Assembly: GCA_949358305.1 (NCBI GenBank) | Contig: OX442314.1 | Coordinates: 7,874,001 to 7,938,000 of the forward strand | Source: Strigamia acuminata | Lineage: Eukaryota | Direction of reading: 5' to 3' | Length of the DNA: 64,000 bases | Part shown: in pieces, positions 9,476-23,328 of the stretch | Layout: the number at the start of each line of letters is the position of its first letter | Numbering within the stretch: position 1 is the first letter of the stretch | The notes under the pieces: generated by a model | The model's input: the letters and a program-made list of their open reading frames with translations, nothing else | Databases searched by the model: none | What the model was told of the DNA's origin: nothing | Translations under genes and position numbers: made by a program

Positions 9476-12400
9476 TTAATAGTCAAACATGTCGTTTTGC
9501 GAGTTGACGACGAATTCGTCGACGGTGGGTTCCGTCTTAAGCTTTTCGACGCCGAAATTGCTTTGCCACGAACATATCGAGGCCAGGAAACTTTCGTCTT
9601 CTTGCGTGAGGTTTTTCTTCATGTCGCCATTTTTCCTTTTTTTATTTTCCTTACCGTTCGTTTCTTTCTCTTTTTCGCGTCGCCGCTTCAATTTGCATTG
9701 CGTCGAATCGTCTTCGTCTTCGTCTTCGTTTCGTTTCTTTTCCTTCCGTTTCGCCCTCTTGTTCATCACCGCATTATCATCCTCGACAAAATTTTCCTCG
9801 TTTCCGTCTCGTTTTTTCCGTTTCCTGTGCTTCTCGTGGTCGGAACCGTCCGTTTCGTTCCCGTTTCCGTGTTTCCGTTTCCCCTTTTTACCTTTTGCCA
9901 CCTCCTTTTCCTCCTGGCGACGTTTCTTCGCCTTTCTTCCACTTTTTTCGACCACGGGGCTCTTGAGAACCTCCAAACAATCGTCCACCGACGACCGCAA
10001 ATTCGCAAACACGTCGTCCTCCTCGCTCGACGCGAACGTCACGTCCATCTGGGGTACGGAATACCCGTCACCGTTCGTACAGACGCTCAAATCGTGGCAA
10101 ACTTGGACCAATTCGAGCGGGTCGTGGAACAAAGTGACTTCGCAGCCCGACAGCCGCTGGCCGGGCTCGAATTGCTCGCAGTAGACGCCATTTTGATTTT
10201 CCGGCCTAAATACGTGGTCGTAATGAATGAAGTTGGTGTCGCTGTTTAAATTTCCGTCGCCAGAGACCATGACTAGCCGGCTATTTGGTGTTTCGTCGTC
10301 GTTGTCGTCGTGGTGGTTAATTGCGACTATTCCGCTGAATTCGGGTGTTTCGGCGCTTTGGTCGAGGATTGTGGTGTTGTAGGCCGAGTCGTCGGTTGGT
10401 TTGTTTTCGTGTTCGTCTTCGTCGAGATCTGTTGTGTCCAGTTTGAGGAATAATTCCAAAATGGAGTCGAGTTTGACGAGGTGTTTTTCGTGGTGTCGGG
10501 AAAGTTTGCGCCGAACTTTCTTGGTGTATTCGTTTTCTGGAAATGGTATGGGTTTTAAATGTTTTCGTTTGTCAAAAATGCACTTTTGTTAGGCGCAAGA
10601 ATTCATTTTTTTGGTGTAAAATTATTTTTTTTGGTGTAAAATTATTTTTTTTGGTATGAAATTATTTTGTTTAATGTAAAATTATTTATTTTTCGTATAA
10701 AATAATTTTTTTTGGTGTAAAATTATTTTTTTTGGTGTAAAATTATTATTTTTTTGGTGTAAAAATGACATTTTTTGGTGTAAAAATGACATTTTTTGGT
10801 GTAAAAATGACATTTTTTGGTGTAAAAATGTCATTGTTTGGTGTAAAATAGCATTCTTTTGTGCAAAAATGCATCATTTAATGCAAAATTTCATTTTTTT
10901 TATGCATCTTTGGTGCAATTAATTTTTTGGTGTATTTTTGGTTCAAAAATGCAAATCGATTCATTTGGTGCCAAATGCAAAAATCATAAAAAAAGAGTTA
11001 TATTTTATACCTGTATTTGTCAACGACATGAAAACCACCGCCTTGTTAAGAAACAAATCCGCTCTTTGCACACTTTTAATCTTCACTTCCTTCAACACAA
11101 AATGGAATTCGGGCCACCAATCGGACCTACCCCTCCACAACTCTCCCAACTTCTTAAACTCCGCTCGAACAGGACTAAAAAAAAACATAAAAAACATAAA
11201 CAAACAAACAAAGAAACCAACAATAATTTCCTTCACACACAATTGATACAAATTCAATATCCGATTTGCAAAAATATTCCACGCCGACGCGTCATTCTTC
11301 CACTGCGGATGATCGATCATATTAAAATACGACTCCAGCTCCAAACAGTTATCCGTCGACTTCAACAACGAAGGAAAATCGAAAATCCTTCTATCACATG
11401 GTTTCACCAGTTGCAATTTCTAAAAAAAAAAATTAAAATTAAATTAATGATACAATGAATATTTTTTTCGTCACCTTTAATGTGGTCACCAACAACGTCC
11501 TGAGATGTTTAAAATGTTTACGGACGAAATCGTAAAAGAAAATATACGCGTTTGGATTCAACGGGTTCGATTTGCAGTAATTATGCAACGTGACGATCGC
11601 TTTTTCTTTCCTATCGCAAAATTCCATCAACTAAATTAAAAATTATTAATAAAAAACAATTATTTTCGACTTTATCGATTTTTTATTTCGATTTCAAACC
11701 TCGAGATATTTCGAAACGAACATGTCCCAATTGCCGGGCTCCTGAAACAGCGCTTCGAACATCTCGATCGCGTTGTTTGCCAAACTTCCACGCTCGTGGA
11801 TCTGTAAACGCGTTTGTCGTTCTTGCGAATCTAAAAAAAAAAAAATTAATCAAATCGATTTAATATGAGATTATGAATGAAATCGATTTAATATGAGATT
11901 ATGAATGAAATCGATTTACAGATGTCGTCTTCGTCGTTTTGTCCGATTCCTTCTTCGCTGGTCACCCAATCGATGTATTTACACAGCGCTTTGTAAGCTT
12001 TGAGTATGGTAAACACATGTTTTTGTTTTTCGTTCAGTTTGGGAATGAAAATTTTCTTTAAAACGGTTTCGTCCTGTGAAAAAATGATTGAAATTATTAA
12101 AAATTACGATTTTGGAGTTTGGAAATGAGAAAAATGAGAAAAATTACTTCAATTATTTGTTTGGCGGTTACGAAATCGCCGTTTATTAGCAGCACCATTA
12201 CGTTTTTCAAAATGGACGCCGGGTGGAAGACTTTGTCCATTCTGGCCATCGAACTGAAACAAGCAAAATTTAAAAAAATTTATAACTATTGAAAATTATG
12301 GGGGAAAAAATTACGTACTTTGAAAATTGATTTAATAATTCGTAATTCGATCTAGAATGATTGCAAAATACTTGAAATCCAGCCTGTAATTAAGCAGGAA

Positions 12401-12580
12401 AAGATCGTAAATGTTTAAGATGACGTATAATTTAGTTTTTCACCATTGCTATTATCTCGGAAGTGCGATCCGTTTCGTATGTTAACGCGTTTAATATTTT
12501 CGCGGCGGCTTTCCACCGATGACAAACGATGGTTTCCTTCAACATGGCAATTTGTCTTTGAGACCAAAGCGTTAACGGCC
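9476..12580 (-). CDS. TAF1A: TAF1A copy lacking exons 1-2 (type A)
   Basis: Same exon set as 3865-6969 shifted by +5611; ORF translations identical. Confidence 0.75.
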
Positions 12581-15086
12581 CTAAAATCAAACAAAAATAG
12601 TAAAAAATCATAAAAAACGTCAAAAAAAAGTAAAAAAATATATTAAAAACGTCAAAAAAAGTAAAAATATATATGAAAAAAGTCGAAAAATGTTTAAAAA
12701 TAACAAAAAAAAGTCTAAAAATATTTTAAAAACTTCTAAAAATGTAAAAATATTTTAAAAACTTCTAAAAATGTAAAAATATTTTAAAAACTTCTAAAAA
12801 TGTAAAAATATTTTAAGTACGTCTAAAAATATCAAGAAATGTCAAAAAAGTTTCAAAATATCAAAAAACGTCTGAAAATATCAAAAAACGTCTGAAAATA
12901 TCAAAAAACGTCTGAAAATATCAAAAAACGTCTGAAAACATCAAAAAACGTCTGAAAATATCAAAAAACGTCTCAAAATATATTAAAAACGTCTAACAAT
13001 ATATTAAAGACGTTGGGTTAGGTTAGGTAAAGGCACGTTAGGTTAGGTTACGTTACGTTAGGTTAAGGGCACGTTAGGTTAGGGCACGTTAGGCTACAAT
13101 TTTGTTCAAAAATGTCAAAAATTTTAGAAACTTTTAGAAATTTGACAAAAGTTTGTAGAAGTTTGGCAAAAATTTGTGGAAAAAAAGGCCAAAACTGGAG
13201 GAAAAGGCAAACTTTAGGGGAAAAAAAGGCAAAAATTGACAAAAATTTGGAGAAAAAAAAGGCAAATGTTGGGGAAACAAGGCAATATTTGAAAAAAATT
13301 GGACAAGTTTGACAAAAGAAATTGTAGAAATTTGACAAAAAAAAATTGACAAAATATTGACAAGATTTCGCGAGTTTGTTCAACATTTTATTGTTTGATA
13401 TTTCATCATATTTCGCGTTTTGAATGAAAATGAAAATTTAGCACCAAACAGGGAGAATGATTTACCGCACGAGGACAAAATCAATTGAAACTCAGTTGAA
13501 AAATGGTAAAATTTCACAAAATTTTCAGTAAAAATTCGCAAAACTACAAAATTTTATTGAAAAAAACCCAGAACTTGAGAAAATTTTATTGAAAAATCCC
13601 AAAACTTGAGAAAATTTCATTGAAAAATCCCAAAACTGGAGAAAATTTTATTGAAAAATCCGAAAACATGAGAAAATTTTATTGAAATATCCCAAAACTT
13701 GAGAAACTTTTATTGAAAAATCCCAAAACTTGAGAAAATTTCATTGAAAAATCCGAAAACATGAGAAAATTTTATTGAAAAATCCGAAAACATGAGAAAA
13801 TTTTATTGAAATATCCCAAAACTTGAGAAACTTTTATTGAAAAATCCCAAAACTTGAGAAAATTTCAGTAGCTGCATTCAAAAATAAAAATAACAATTTT
13901 AGTTTAAGTGTATTTTAAGTTTTAACATGGGTTTAAACAAGAAATGATGTCATTTTTGGTTTAAAATGGAAGTAAAACACAAAATATTTTAGTTTTTGAA
14001 TGCAGCTAGCAAAAAAAAATGATAAAACACTTCAAATTTCCAACAAATCTCATAAAATTCCCCAACGTCCCCAATGAATTGGCTCAAACACAATAAATAA
14101 ATAAATAAACACAATAAATACAATAAAAAATACAATAAATACTTTATTATGTGCTCATTTATCCGGACTAAAAACAACATCAAACAACACATTTCAATTC
14201 TAGTAGTGAACCGCCGAGTCGAGTGTGATCACGCTCAACAATCACAATTCACAACAATTCGCGATTCAAAATGGCTCCTAACCATAACTCACTCGCTCGA
14301 GCTCCTCGATCAGTCCTCACCCGACCCAGTCTCATTATGAAATGGCATAATCCTGTGCAAGCCACTCGCCCTTATATCACCTAGACTATATATAGTAGTA
14401 GTACAGATACATAAAGACCTATACTTATAGTATAATAATATAATGTTTTGTACATAAGTAAATATTTCTAGGCTTAAGTTTAACATGCAATTGCATGTTA
14501 ATCTGGGAACAAGTAGAGAATGTGACGTTTTCAATACTGCTCCAAGATCATTACATCATCAGATCAGCTTTTAAAAAGTCCCTACAATGGATACCCTCAA
14601 ACCCTCACTTGTCAGACATCAAATTGAACAAATGCAACGAGCGGAACCATCAAGAAAATCCACATCGCCAAAGCCGAAGTTAGGAGACGATTTAGTTCTC
14701 GAATTGGAATGAACAACTAATTAATCAGTATCCCTTCATTTATTATTTTCTAATTAATTTCAATTTTTGACTGCTTTTATGATCAAACTGCCAATCGGAC
14801 GAATGAATCGTGTGCAAAACAAATCAGCGGATTCCATGATTCCAGTTCTCTCTATTATTATTATATCGTTTAATCGTTCTGACAAATGTATATATATATA
14901 TAAGATTTTATCAAGTTGTATCGTTTTCTTCCTTGCAAAAATCGTGCCTGCGTAATTCAAGTGTCTTCCAAACGTTGAATTTGTAATTTCTAGAATTTGA
15001 TAAAACTCCGAGGAAATTTAATAACTTTTGTATTTTTTAATTTTTATTTCCATAATTACAATCACATTTTACACCAAAACGTCGTT

Positions 15087-18000
15087 TTAATAGTCAAACA
15101 TGTCGTTTTGCGAGTTGACGACGAATTCGTCGACGGTGGGTTCCGTCTTAAGCTTTTCGACGCCGAAATTGCTTTGCCACGAACATATCGAGGCCAGGAA
15201 ACTTTCGTCTTCTTGCGTGAGGTTTTTCTTCATGTCGCCATTTTTCCTTTTTTTATTTTCCTTACCGTTCGTTTCTTTCTCTTTTTCGCGTCGCCGCTTC
15301 AATTTGCATTGCGTCGAATCGTCTTCGTCTTCGTCTTCGTTTCGTTTCTTTTCCTTCCGTTTCGCCCTCTTGTTCATCACCGCATTATCATCCTCGACAA
15401 AATTTTCCTCGTTTCCGTCTCGTTTTTTCCGTTTCCTGTGCTTCTCGTGGTCGGAACCGTCCGTTTCGTTCCCGTTTCCGTGTTTCCGTTTCCCCTTTTT
15501 ACCTTTTGCCACCTCCTTTTCCTCCTGGCGACGTTTCTTCGCCTTTCTTCCACTTTTTTCGACCACGGGGCTCTTGAGAACCTCCAAACAATCGTCCACC
15601 GACGACCGCAAATTCGCAAACACGTCGTCCTCCTCGCTCGACGCGAACGTCACGTCCATCTGGGGTACGGAATACCCGTCACCGTTCGTACAGACGCTCA
15701 AATCGTGGCAAACTTGGACCAATTCGAGCGGGTCGTGAAACAAAGTGACTTCGCAGCCCGACAGCCGCTGGCCGGGCTCGAATTGCTCGCAGTAGACGCC
15801 ATTTTGATTTTCCGGCCTAAATACGTGGTCGTAATGAATGAAGTTGGTGTCGCTGTTTAAATTTCCGTCGCCAGAGACCATGACTAGCCGGCTATTTGGT
15901 GTTTCGTCGTCGTTGTCGTCGTGGTGGTTAATTGCGATTATTCCGCTGAATTCGGGTGTTTCGGCGCTTTGGTCGAGGATTGTGGTGTTGTAGGCCGAGT
16001 CGTCGGTTGGTTTGTTTTCGTGTTCGTCTTCGTCGAGATCTGCTGTGTCCAGTTTGAGGAATAATTCCAAAATGGAGTCGAGTTTGACGAGGTGTTTTTC
16101 GTGGTGTCGGGAAAGTTTGCGCCGAACTTTCTTGGTGTATTCGTTTTCTGGAAATGGTATGGGTTTTAAATGTTTTCGTTTGTCAAAAATGCACTTTTGT
16201 TAGGCGCAAGAATTCATTTTTTTGGTGTAAAATTATTTTTTTTGGTGTAAAATTATTTTTTTTGGTATGAAATTATTTTGTTTAATGTAAAATTATTTAT
16301 TTTTCGTATAAAATAATTTTTTTTGGTGTAAAATTATTTTTTTTGGTGTAAAATTATTATTTTTTTGGTGTAAAAATGACATTTTTTGGTGTAAAAATGA
16401 CATTTTTTGGTGTAAAAATGACATTTTTTGGTGTAAAAATGTCATTGTTTGGTGTAAAATAGCATTCTTTTGTGCAAAAATGCATCATTTAATGCAAAAT
16501 TTCATTTTTTTTATGCATCTTTGGTGCAATTAATTTTTTGGTGTATTTTTGGTTCAAAAATGCAAATCGATTCATTTGGTGCCAAATGCAAAAATCATAA
16601 AAAAAGAGTTATATTTTATACCTGTATTTGTCAACGACATGAAAACCACCGCCTTGTTAAGAAACAAATCCGCTCTTTGCACACTTTTAATCTTCACTTC
16701 CTTCAACACAAAATGGAATTCGGGCCACCAATCGGACCTACCCCTCCACAACTCTCCCAACTTCTTAAACTCCGCTCGAACAGGACTAAAAAAAAACATA
16801 AAAAACATAAACAAACAAACAAAGAAACCAACAATAATTTCCTTCACACACAATTGATACAAATTCAATATCCGATTTGCAAAAATATTCCACGCCGACG
16901 CGTCATTCTTCCACTGCGGATGATCGATCATATTAAAATACGACTCCAGCTCCAAACAGTTATTCGTCGACCTCAACAACGAAGGAAAATCGAAAATCCT
17001 TCTATCACATGGTTTCACCAGTTGCAATTTCTAAAAAAAAAAATTAAAATTAAATTAATGATACAATGAATATTTTTTTCGTCACCTTTAATGTGGTCAC
17101 CAACAACGTCCTGAGATGTTTAAAATGTTTACGGACGAAATCGTAAAAGAAAATATACGCGTTTGGATTCAACGGGTTCGATTTGCAGTAATTATGCAAC
17201 GTGACGATCGCTTTTTCTTTCCTATCGCAAAATTCCATCAACTAAATTAAAAATTATTAATAAAAAACAATTATTTTCGACTTTATCGATTTTTTATTTC
17301 GATTTCAAACCTCGAGATATTTCGAAACGAACATGTCCCAATTGCCGGGCTCCTGAAACAGCGCTTCGAACATCTCGATCGCGTTGTTTGCCAAACTTCC
17401 ACGCTCGTGGATCTGTAAACGCGTTTGTCGTTCTTGCGAATCTAAAAAAAAAAAAATTAATCAAATCGATTTAATATGAGATTATGAATGAAATCGATTT
17501 AATATGAGATTATGAATGAAATCGATTTACAGATGTCGTCTTCGTCGTTTTGTCCGATTCCTTCTTCGCTGGTCACCCAATCGATGTATTTACACAGCGC
17601 TTTGTAAGCTTTGAGTATGGTAAACACATGTTTTTGTTTTTCGTTCAGTTTGGGAATGAAAATTTTCTTTAAAACGGTTTCGTCCTGTGAAAAAATGATT
17701 GAAATTATTAAAAATTACGATTTTGGAGTTTGGAAATGAGAAAAATGAGAAAAATTACTTCAATTATTTGTTTGGCGGTTACGAAATCGCCGTTTATTAG
17801 CAGCACCATTACGTTTTTCAAAATGGACGCCGGGTGGAAGACTTTGTCCATTCTGGCCATCGAACTGAAACAAGCAAAATTTAAAAAAATTTATAACTAT
17901 TGAAAATTATGGGGGAAAAAATTACGTACTTTGAAAATTGATTTAATAATTCGTAATTCGATCTAGAATGATTGCAAAATACTTGAAATCCAGCCTGTAA

Positions 18001-18191
18001 TTAAGCAGGAAAAGATCGTAAATGTTTAAGATGACGTATAATTTAGTTTTTCACCATTGCTATTATCTCGGAAGTGCGATCCGTTTCGTATGTTAACGCG
18101 TTTAATATTTTCGCGGCGGCTTTCCACCGATGACAAACGATGGTTTCCTTCAACATGGCAATTTGTCTTTGAGACCAAAGCGTTAACGGCC
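15087..18191 (-). CDS. TAF1A: TAF1A copy lacking exons 1-2 (type A')
   Basis: Shift +11222. Variants DTADL, IIAIN and LRSTNN are shared with the full-length copy. Confidence 0.75.
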
Positions 18192-21100
18192 CTAAAATCA
18201 AACAAAAATAGTAAAAAATCATAAAAAACGTCAAAAAAAAGTAAAAAAATATATTAAAAACGTCAAAAAAAGTAAAAATATATATGAAAAAAGTCGAAAA
18301 ATGTTTAAAAATAACAAAAAAAAGTCTAAAAATATTTTAAAAACTTCTAAAAATGTAAAAATATTTTAAAAACTTCTAAAAATGTAAAAATATTTTAAAA
18401 ACTTCTAAAAATGTAAAAATATTTTAAGTACGTCTAAAAATATCAAGAAATGTCAAAAAAGTTTCAAAATATCAAAAAACGTCTGAAAATATCAAAAAAC
18501 GTCTGAAAATATCAAAAAACGTCTGAAAATATCAAAAAACGTCTGAAAACATCAAAAAACGTCTGAAAATATCAAAAAACGTCTCAAAATATATTAAAAA
18601 CGTCTAACAATATATTAAAGACGTTGGGTTAGGTTAGGTAAAGGCACGTTAGGTTAGGTTACGTTACGTTAGGTTAAGGGCACGTTAGGTTAGGGCACGT
18701 TAGGCTACAATTTTGTTCAAAAATGTCAAAAATTTTAGAAACTTTTAGAAATTTGACAAAAGTTTGTAGAAGTTTGGCAAAAATTTGTGGAAAAAAAGGC
18801 CAAAACTGGAGGAAAAGGCAAACTTTAGGGGAAAAAAAGGCAAAAATTGACAAAAATTTGGAGAAAAAAAAGGCAAATGTTGGGGAAACAAGGCAATATT
18901 TGAAAAAAATTGGACAAGTTTGACAAAAGAAATTGTAGAAATTTGACAAAAAAAAATTGACAAAATATTGACAAGATTTCGCGAGTTTGTTCAACATTTT
19001 ATTGTTTGATATTTCATCATATTTCGCGTTTTGAATGAAAATGAAAATTTAGCACCAAACAGGGAGAATGATTTACCGCACGAGGACAAAATCAATTGAA
19101 ACTCAGTTGAAAAATGGTAAAATTTCACAAAATTTTCAGTAAAAATTCGCAAAACTACAAAATTTTATTGAAAAAAACCCAGAACTTGAGAAAATTTTAT
19201 TGAAAAATCCCAAAACTTGAGAAAATTTCATTGAAAAATCCCAAAACTGGAGAAAATTTTATTGAAAAATCCGAAAACATGAGAAAATTTTATTGAAATA
19301 TCCCAAAACTTGAGAAACTTTTATTGAAAAATCCCAAAACTTGAGAAAATTTCATTGAAAAATCCGAAAACATGAGAAAATTTTATTGAAAAATCCGAAA
19401 ACATGAGAAAATTTTATTGAAATATCCCAAAACTTGAGAAACTTTTATTGAAAAATCCCAAAACTTGAGAAAATTTCAGTAGCTGCATTCAAAAATAAAA
19501 ATAACAATTTTAGTTTAAGTGTATTTTAAGTTTTAACATGGGTTTAAACAAGAAATGATGTCATTTTTGGTTTAAAATGGAAGTAAAACACAAAATATTT
19601 TAGTTTTTGAATGCAGCTAGCAAAAAAAAATGATAAAACACTTCAAATTTCCAACAAATCTCATAAAATTCCCCAACGTCCCCAATGAATTGGCTCAAAC
19701 ACAATAAATAAATAAATAAACACAATAAATACAATAAAAAATACAATAAATACTTTATTATGTGCTCATTTATCCGGACTAAAAACAACATCAAACAACA
19801 CATTTCAATTCTAGTAGTGAACCGCCGAGTCGAGTGTGATCACGCTCAACAATCACAATTCACAACAATTCGCGATTCAAAATGGCTCCTAACCATAACT
19901 CACTCGCTCGAGCTCCTCGATCAGTCCTCACCCGACCCAGTCTCATTATGAAATGGCATAATCCTGTGCAAGCCACTCGCCCTTATATCACCTAGACTAT
20001 ATATAGTAGTAGTACAGATACATAAAGACCTATACTTATAGTATAATAATATAATGTTTTGTACATAAGTAAATATTTCTAGGCTTAAGTTTAACATGCA
20101 ATTGCATGTTAATCTGGGAACAAGTAGAGAATGTGACGTTTTCAATACTGCTCCAAGATCATTACATCATCAGATCAGCTTTTAAAAAGTCCCTACAATG
20201 GATACCCTCAAACCCTCACTTGTCAGACATCAAATTGAACAAATGCAACGAGCGGAACCATCAAGAAAATCCACATCGCCAAAGCCGAAGTTAGGAGACG
20301 ATTTAGTTCTCGAATTGGAATGAACAACTAATTAATCAGTATCCCTTCATTTATTATTTTCTAATTAATTTCAATTTTTGAGTGCTTTATCAAACTGCCA
20401 ATCGGACGAATCGTGTGCAAAACAAATCAGCGAATTCCATGATTCCAGTTCTCTATTATATCGTTTAATCGTTCTGACAAATGTGTATATATATATATAT
20501 AAGATTTATCAAGTTGTATCGTTTTCTTCCTTGCAAAAATCGTGCCTGCGTAATTCAAAGTGTCTTCCAAACGTTTTATTTCTCTGTAGTTTCTAGAATT
20601 TGATAAAAATCAAAGAAAATTTATAAATCGAAAAATAATTTTCGTTTTTTAATTTTTATTTCCATAATTACAATCACATTTACACCAAAACGTCGTTTTA
20701 AAGTCAAACATGTCGTTTTACGACTATTCCGCTGAATTCGGGTGTTTCGACGCTTTGGTCGAGGATTGTGGTGTTGTAGGCCGAGTCGTCGGTTGGTTTG
20801 TTTTCGTGTTCGTCTTCGTCGAGATCTGATGTGTCCAGTTTGAGGAATAATTCCAAAATGGAGTCGAGTTTGACGAGGTGTTTTTCGTGGTGTCGGGAAA
20901 GTTTGCGCCGAACTTTCTTGGGTGTACCGGTATTCGTTTTCTGGAAATAGTATGGTTTTTAAATGTTTTCGTTTGTGCAAAAATGAAATTTTTTGTGCAA
21001 AAATGAAATTTTTTGTGCAAAAATGAAATTTTTTGTGCAAAAATGAAATTTTTTGTGCAAAAATGAAATTTTTTGTGCAAAAATGAAATTTTTTGTGCAA

Positions 21101-22150
21101 AAATGAAATTTTTTGTGCAAAAATGAAATTTTTTGTGCAAAAATGAAATTTTTTGTGCAAAAATGAAATTTTTTGTGCAAAAATGAAATTTTTTGTGCAA
21201 AAATGAAATTTTTTGTGCAAAAATGAAATTTTTTGTGCAAAAATGAAATTTTTTGTGCAAAAGTAGGGGGTTTGTGGCAGTCCTGGACCAGGTGGTTGGT
21301 GGTGAGGGGGGTGGGGGTGGTGAGGGGTAAGTGGGGGAGGAGATAAGGGGTGGGGGAGATAAGGGGAGGGAGAGATAAGAGGAGGGATAAGTGGGGGATG
21401 ACTAATTGCTTCAATCAATCAGTCTTATCATTCGATCAATGTGTCCTAGGCTATGATTTGTTATTGTTGTTTTTCTTTACTTAAGTACCTTGTTATTGTT
21501 TTTCCCATCTTTTGTCTCTGCTTTGAAATAAAGTACCTTGTTGTTATTTTTCTCAATTTATCTCCAATCTTCAAAGACTACTTTTAACCAAAGGAGGGAT
21601 ATTATTGGCTAGACTTCTTAACCAATAGGAAACTAGTATTGTATATATACTTGCAATGTCCTACACACTTCTCTTCTCTTCTTGCAAGTGCTTGGTACTG
21701 TTTGAGTCATGGAATTTAACCACATCCACTCTGAATTTGAAGAGTTGCTTATGGAAATTGAAGAATCTCTCTTTCCTCAAGTAAACATGCCCAATCCTCT
21801 ACCGGATGTTGATGAAGAAAATGGTTACAATGATTCTCCACGTTGGATTTATAATCATTCTCCCATTTTTCTACTCTCACCACCTACCATCATCAACCAG
21901 TCTCAACATGTGCCATCTCCAACCATCATCAACCAGTCTCAACTTGTGTCATCTCCAACCTGCGTCATCCAATCTCAACCTGCGTCATCTCAATCATGCA
22001 ATCCATTGTTACCATGTGAGTCTCCAGTTCCTGTTTACCACTACCAATCAAATTTGCACCAAGCAGGAACAAGCAACACAATCAATCCCCCATCTCCTAT
22101 GACACTAGTGCAACAAATTGGAGGTGGACAGAAAGTACATTCGTGTGAGT

Positions 22151-22386
22151 ACTGTCATCGACATAAGAGTCAAAGAAGGCGACAAGGTACAAACAACATA
22201 CTAATTTTCTTTCAAAATTTCTAAAATTCTTTTTCGCAGGTTGAAAAAGGCGCACCGATGGTCGTCCTCAGCGCCATAAAAATGGAAATGGTGGTCCAAG
22301 CGCCCATGAGTGGAACCATCAAGAAAATCCACATCGCCAAAGACATGAAACTCGAAGGAGACGACTTAGTTCTCGAATTGGAATGA
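22151..22386 (+). pseudogene. PC: Pyruvate carboxylase 3' fragment, AMKM changed to AIKM
   Basis: Same structure as 3259-3494; gcc ata aaa atg around 22276. Confidence 0.9.
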
Positions 22387-22543
22387 ACAACTAATTAATC
22401 AGTATCCCTTCATTTATTTTCTAATTAATTTCAATTTTTGACTGCTTTATCAAACTGCCAATCGGACGAATCGTGTGCAAAACAAATCAGCGAATTCCAT
22501 GATTCCAGTTCTCTATTATATCGTTTTGACAAATGTGTATATA

Positions 22544-23125
22544 CAGGGTGTATCAGAATTCATGTTACACAGAAATAGGGAGTATAGAAAGGGACCAGGA
22601 GATCACGTTTCCACAAATCAAAAATTCCAAAAAAAATTTCCCATTTTGTTACAACCCCAAAAACAATGGAAGATTTCAAATATCGCGCCTCACGCATATC
22701 GCCAACATTTGCCAGGTTAAAGCGTAATTCTCAAATAAAAAGACACAAACGGTAGCCAACAGCAGAAGTTTATTACAAGAAATGTTCTACATGTCCAACA
22801 TGTGCGTCAATGCACAGCTTGGTAAATAATTTAAGGAAATTAATCTTTTACATAAATGATTTGTTTTAGTTTTCCCGAATTTATGGTTTTTTTTTGTGAT
22901 TCTTTAACATTAAAATGATAGATTTGTATCTTTTTATTTGAGAATTGCGCTAAAACCTGGCAAATTTGGGCGATATGCGTGACGCGATATTTGAAATCTT
23001 CCATTGTTTTTGGGGTTGTAACCATGTGGGAAATTTTTTTGGAATTTTTGATTAGTGGAAATGTGATCTCCTGGTCCCCCTCTATACCCTCTGTTTCTGT
23101 GTAACATGAATTCTGATACACCCTG
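22544..23125. mobile_element. Tc1/mariner-type MITE, 582 bp, ~200-bp TIRs
   Basis: TA|CAGGGTGTATCAGAATTCATGTTACACAGAAA ... TTTCTGTGTAACATGAATTCTGATACACCCTG|TA, inserted in a (TA)n tract that is empty in other units (e.g. ~1658-1672). Confidence 0.93.
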
Positions 23126-23328
23126 TATATAAGATTTTATCAAGTTGTATCGTTTTCTTCCTTGCAAAAATCGTGCCTACGTAATTCAAAGTGTCTTCCA
23201 AACGTTTTATTTCTCTGTAGTTTCTAGAATTTGATAAAAATCAAAGAAAATTTATAATTCGAAAAATATATTTCGTTTTTTAATGTTTATTTCCATAATT
23301 ACAATCACATTTACACCAAAACGTCGTT

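Noticed and set aside
20975..21261. CRISPR-like array or repeat protein (HKKFHFCTKNFIFAQKISFL)
   Set aside because: Perfect 20-bp tandem repeat with no spacers; the ORFs are open only because the repeat lacks stops on that strand.
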